Made by a program: the position numbers and the translations under genes. A stretch of DNA of 64,000 nucleotides, taken from contig NW_027271426.1 in assembly GCF_040938485.1 (NCBI RefSeq), forward strand, positions 1,674,001 to 1,738,000, given 5' to 3'. Positions 63,889 to 64,000 of this stretch are shown here, in pieces (the stretch's first letter is position 1; each line of letters opens with the position of its first letter). This DNA is from Diadema antillarum. Its lineage: Eukaryota. Under the pieces are notes generated by a model, which saw only the letters and a program-made list of their open reading frames with translations, ran no database searches and was not told the origin of the DNA.

Positions 63889-64000
63889 ATGACTTCACCA
63901 GCTGTTGTGGTAACGACAGACCGGATTAACACCTTCGGCCCAGCGATCCACACCTTCCCCAGGCCCAGTGCTTTAAGGGGAAGAACGGTATACCTTCTAC
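63889..64000 (+). CDS. Possible start of a gene running off the window end (MTSPAVVVTTDRINTFGPAIHTFPRPSALRGRTVYLL...)
   Basis: Acceptor tttgtttcaaatctcag ends at 63782, followed by a GC-rich exon-like block with an ATG-initiated frame open to the window end. Product not recognised. Confidence 0.25.
   Translation, partial: MTSPAVVVTTDRINTFGPAIHTFPRPSALRGRTVYLL

Overview
AT-rich, repeat-dense eukaryotic draft assembly with eight N gaps (3996-4151, 14670-14817, 20576-20710, 23201-23438, 28523-28652, 42778-42962, 44788-44977, 62880-63009). The GPCR type and the repeat families look invertebrate-deuterostome, probably sea-urchin-like; this is inference, not a database result. Two protein-coding genes are well supported. 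(1) A single-coding-exon rhodopsin-class GPCR (36987-38093, +), probably with upstream non-coding exons. (2) A five-coding-exon gene (53953-58701, +; 321 aa, all four introns GT-AG and phase-consistent) that is not visible as one ORF in the track. It joins a degenerate Tpt1/KptA (RNA 2'-phosphotransferase) N-terminal RNA-binding lobe to a BC-box-like segment and AMN1/FBXL-type leucine-rich repeats, and it lacks the NAD+-binding lobe. This fusion is the most interesting item in the window. The rest is mostly TTAA-flanked Kolobok-like and piggyBac-like MITEs, TA-flanked and hAT/P-like MITEs, foldback-like elements built of 16-bp subrepeats, tRNA-derived SINEs, a CR1/L2-group LINE 3' fragment, a 1.13-kb tandem duplication, a degenerate ~400-bp tandem array and microsatellites. 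Several candidate promoters and first exons could not be linked to complete genes. No CRISPR array, rRNA or convincing tRNA gene was found.
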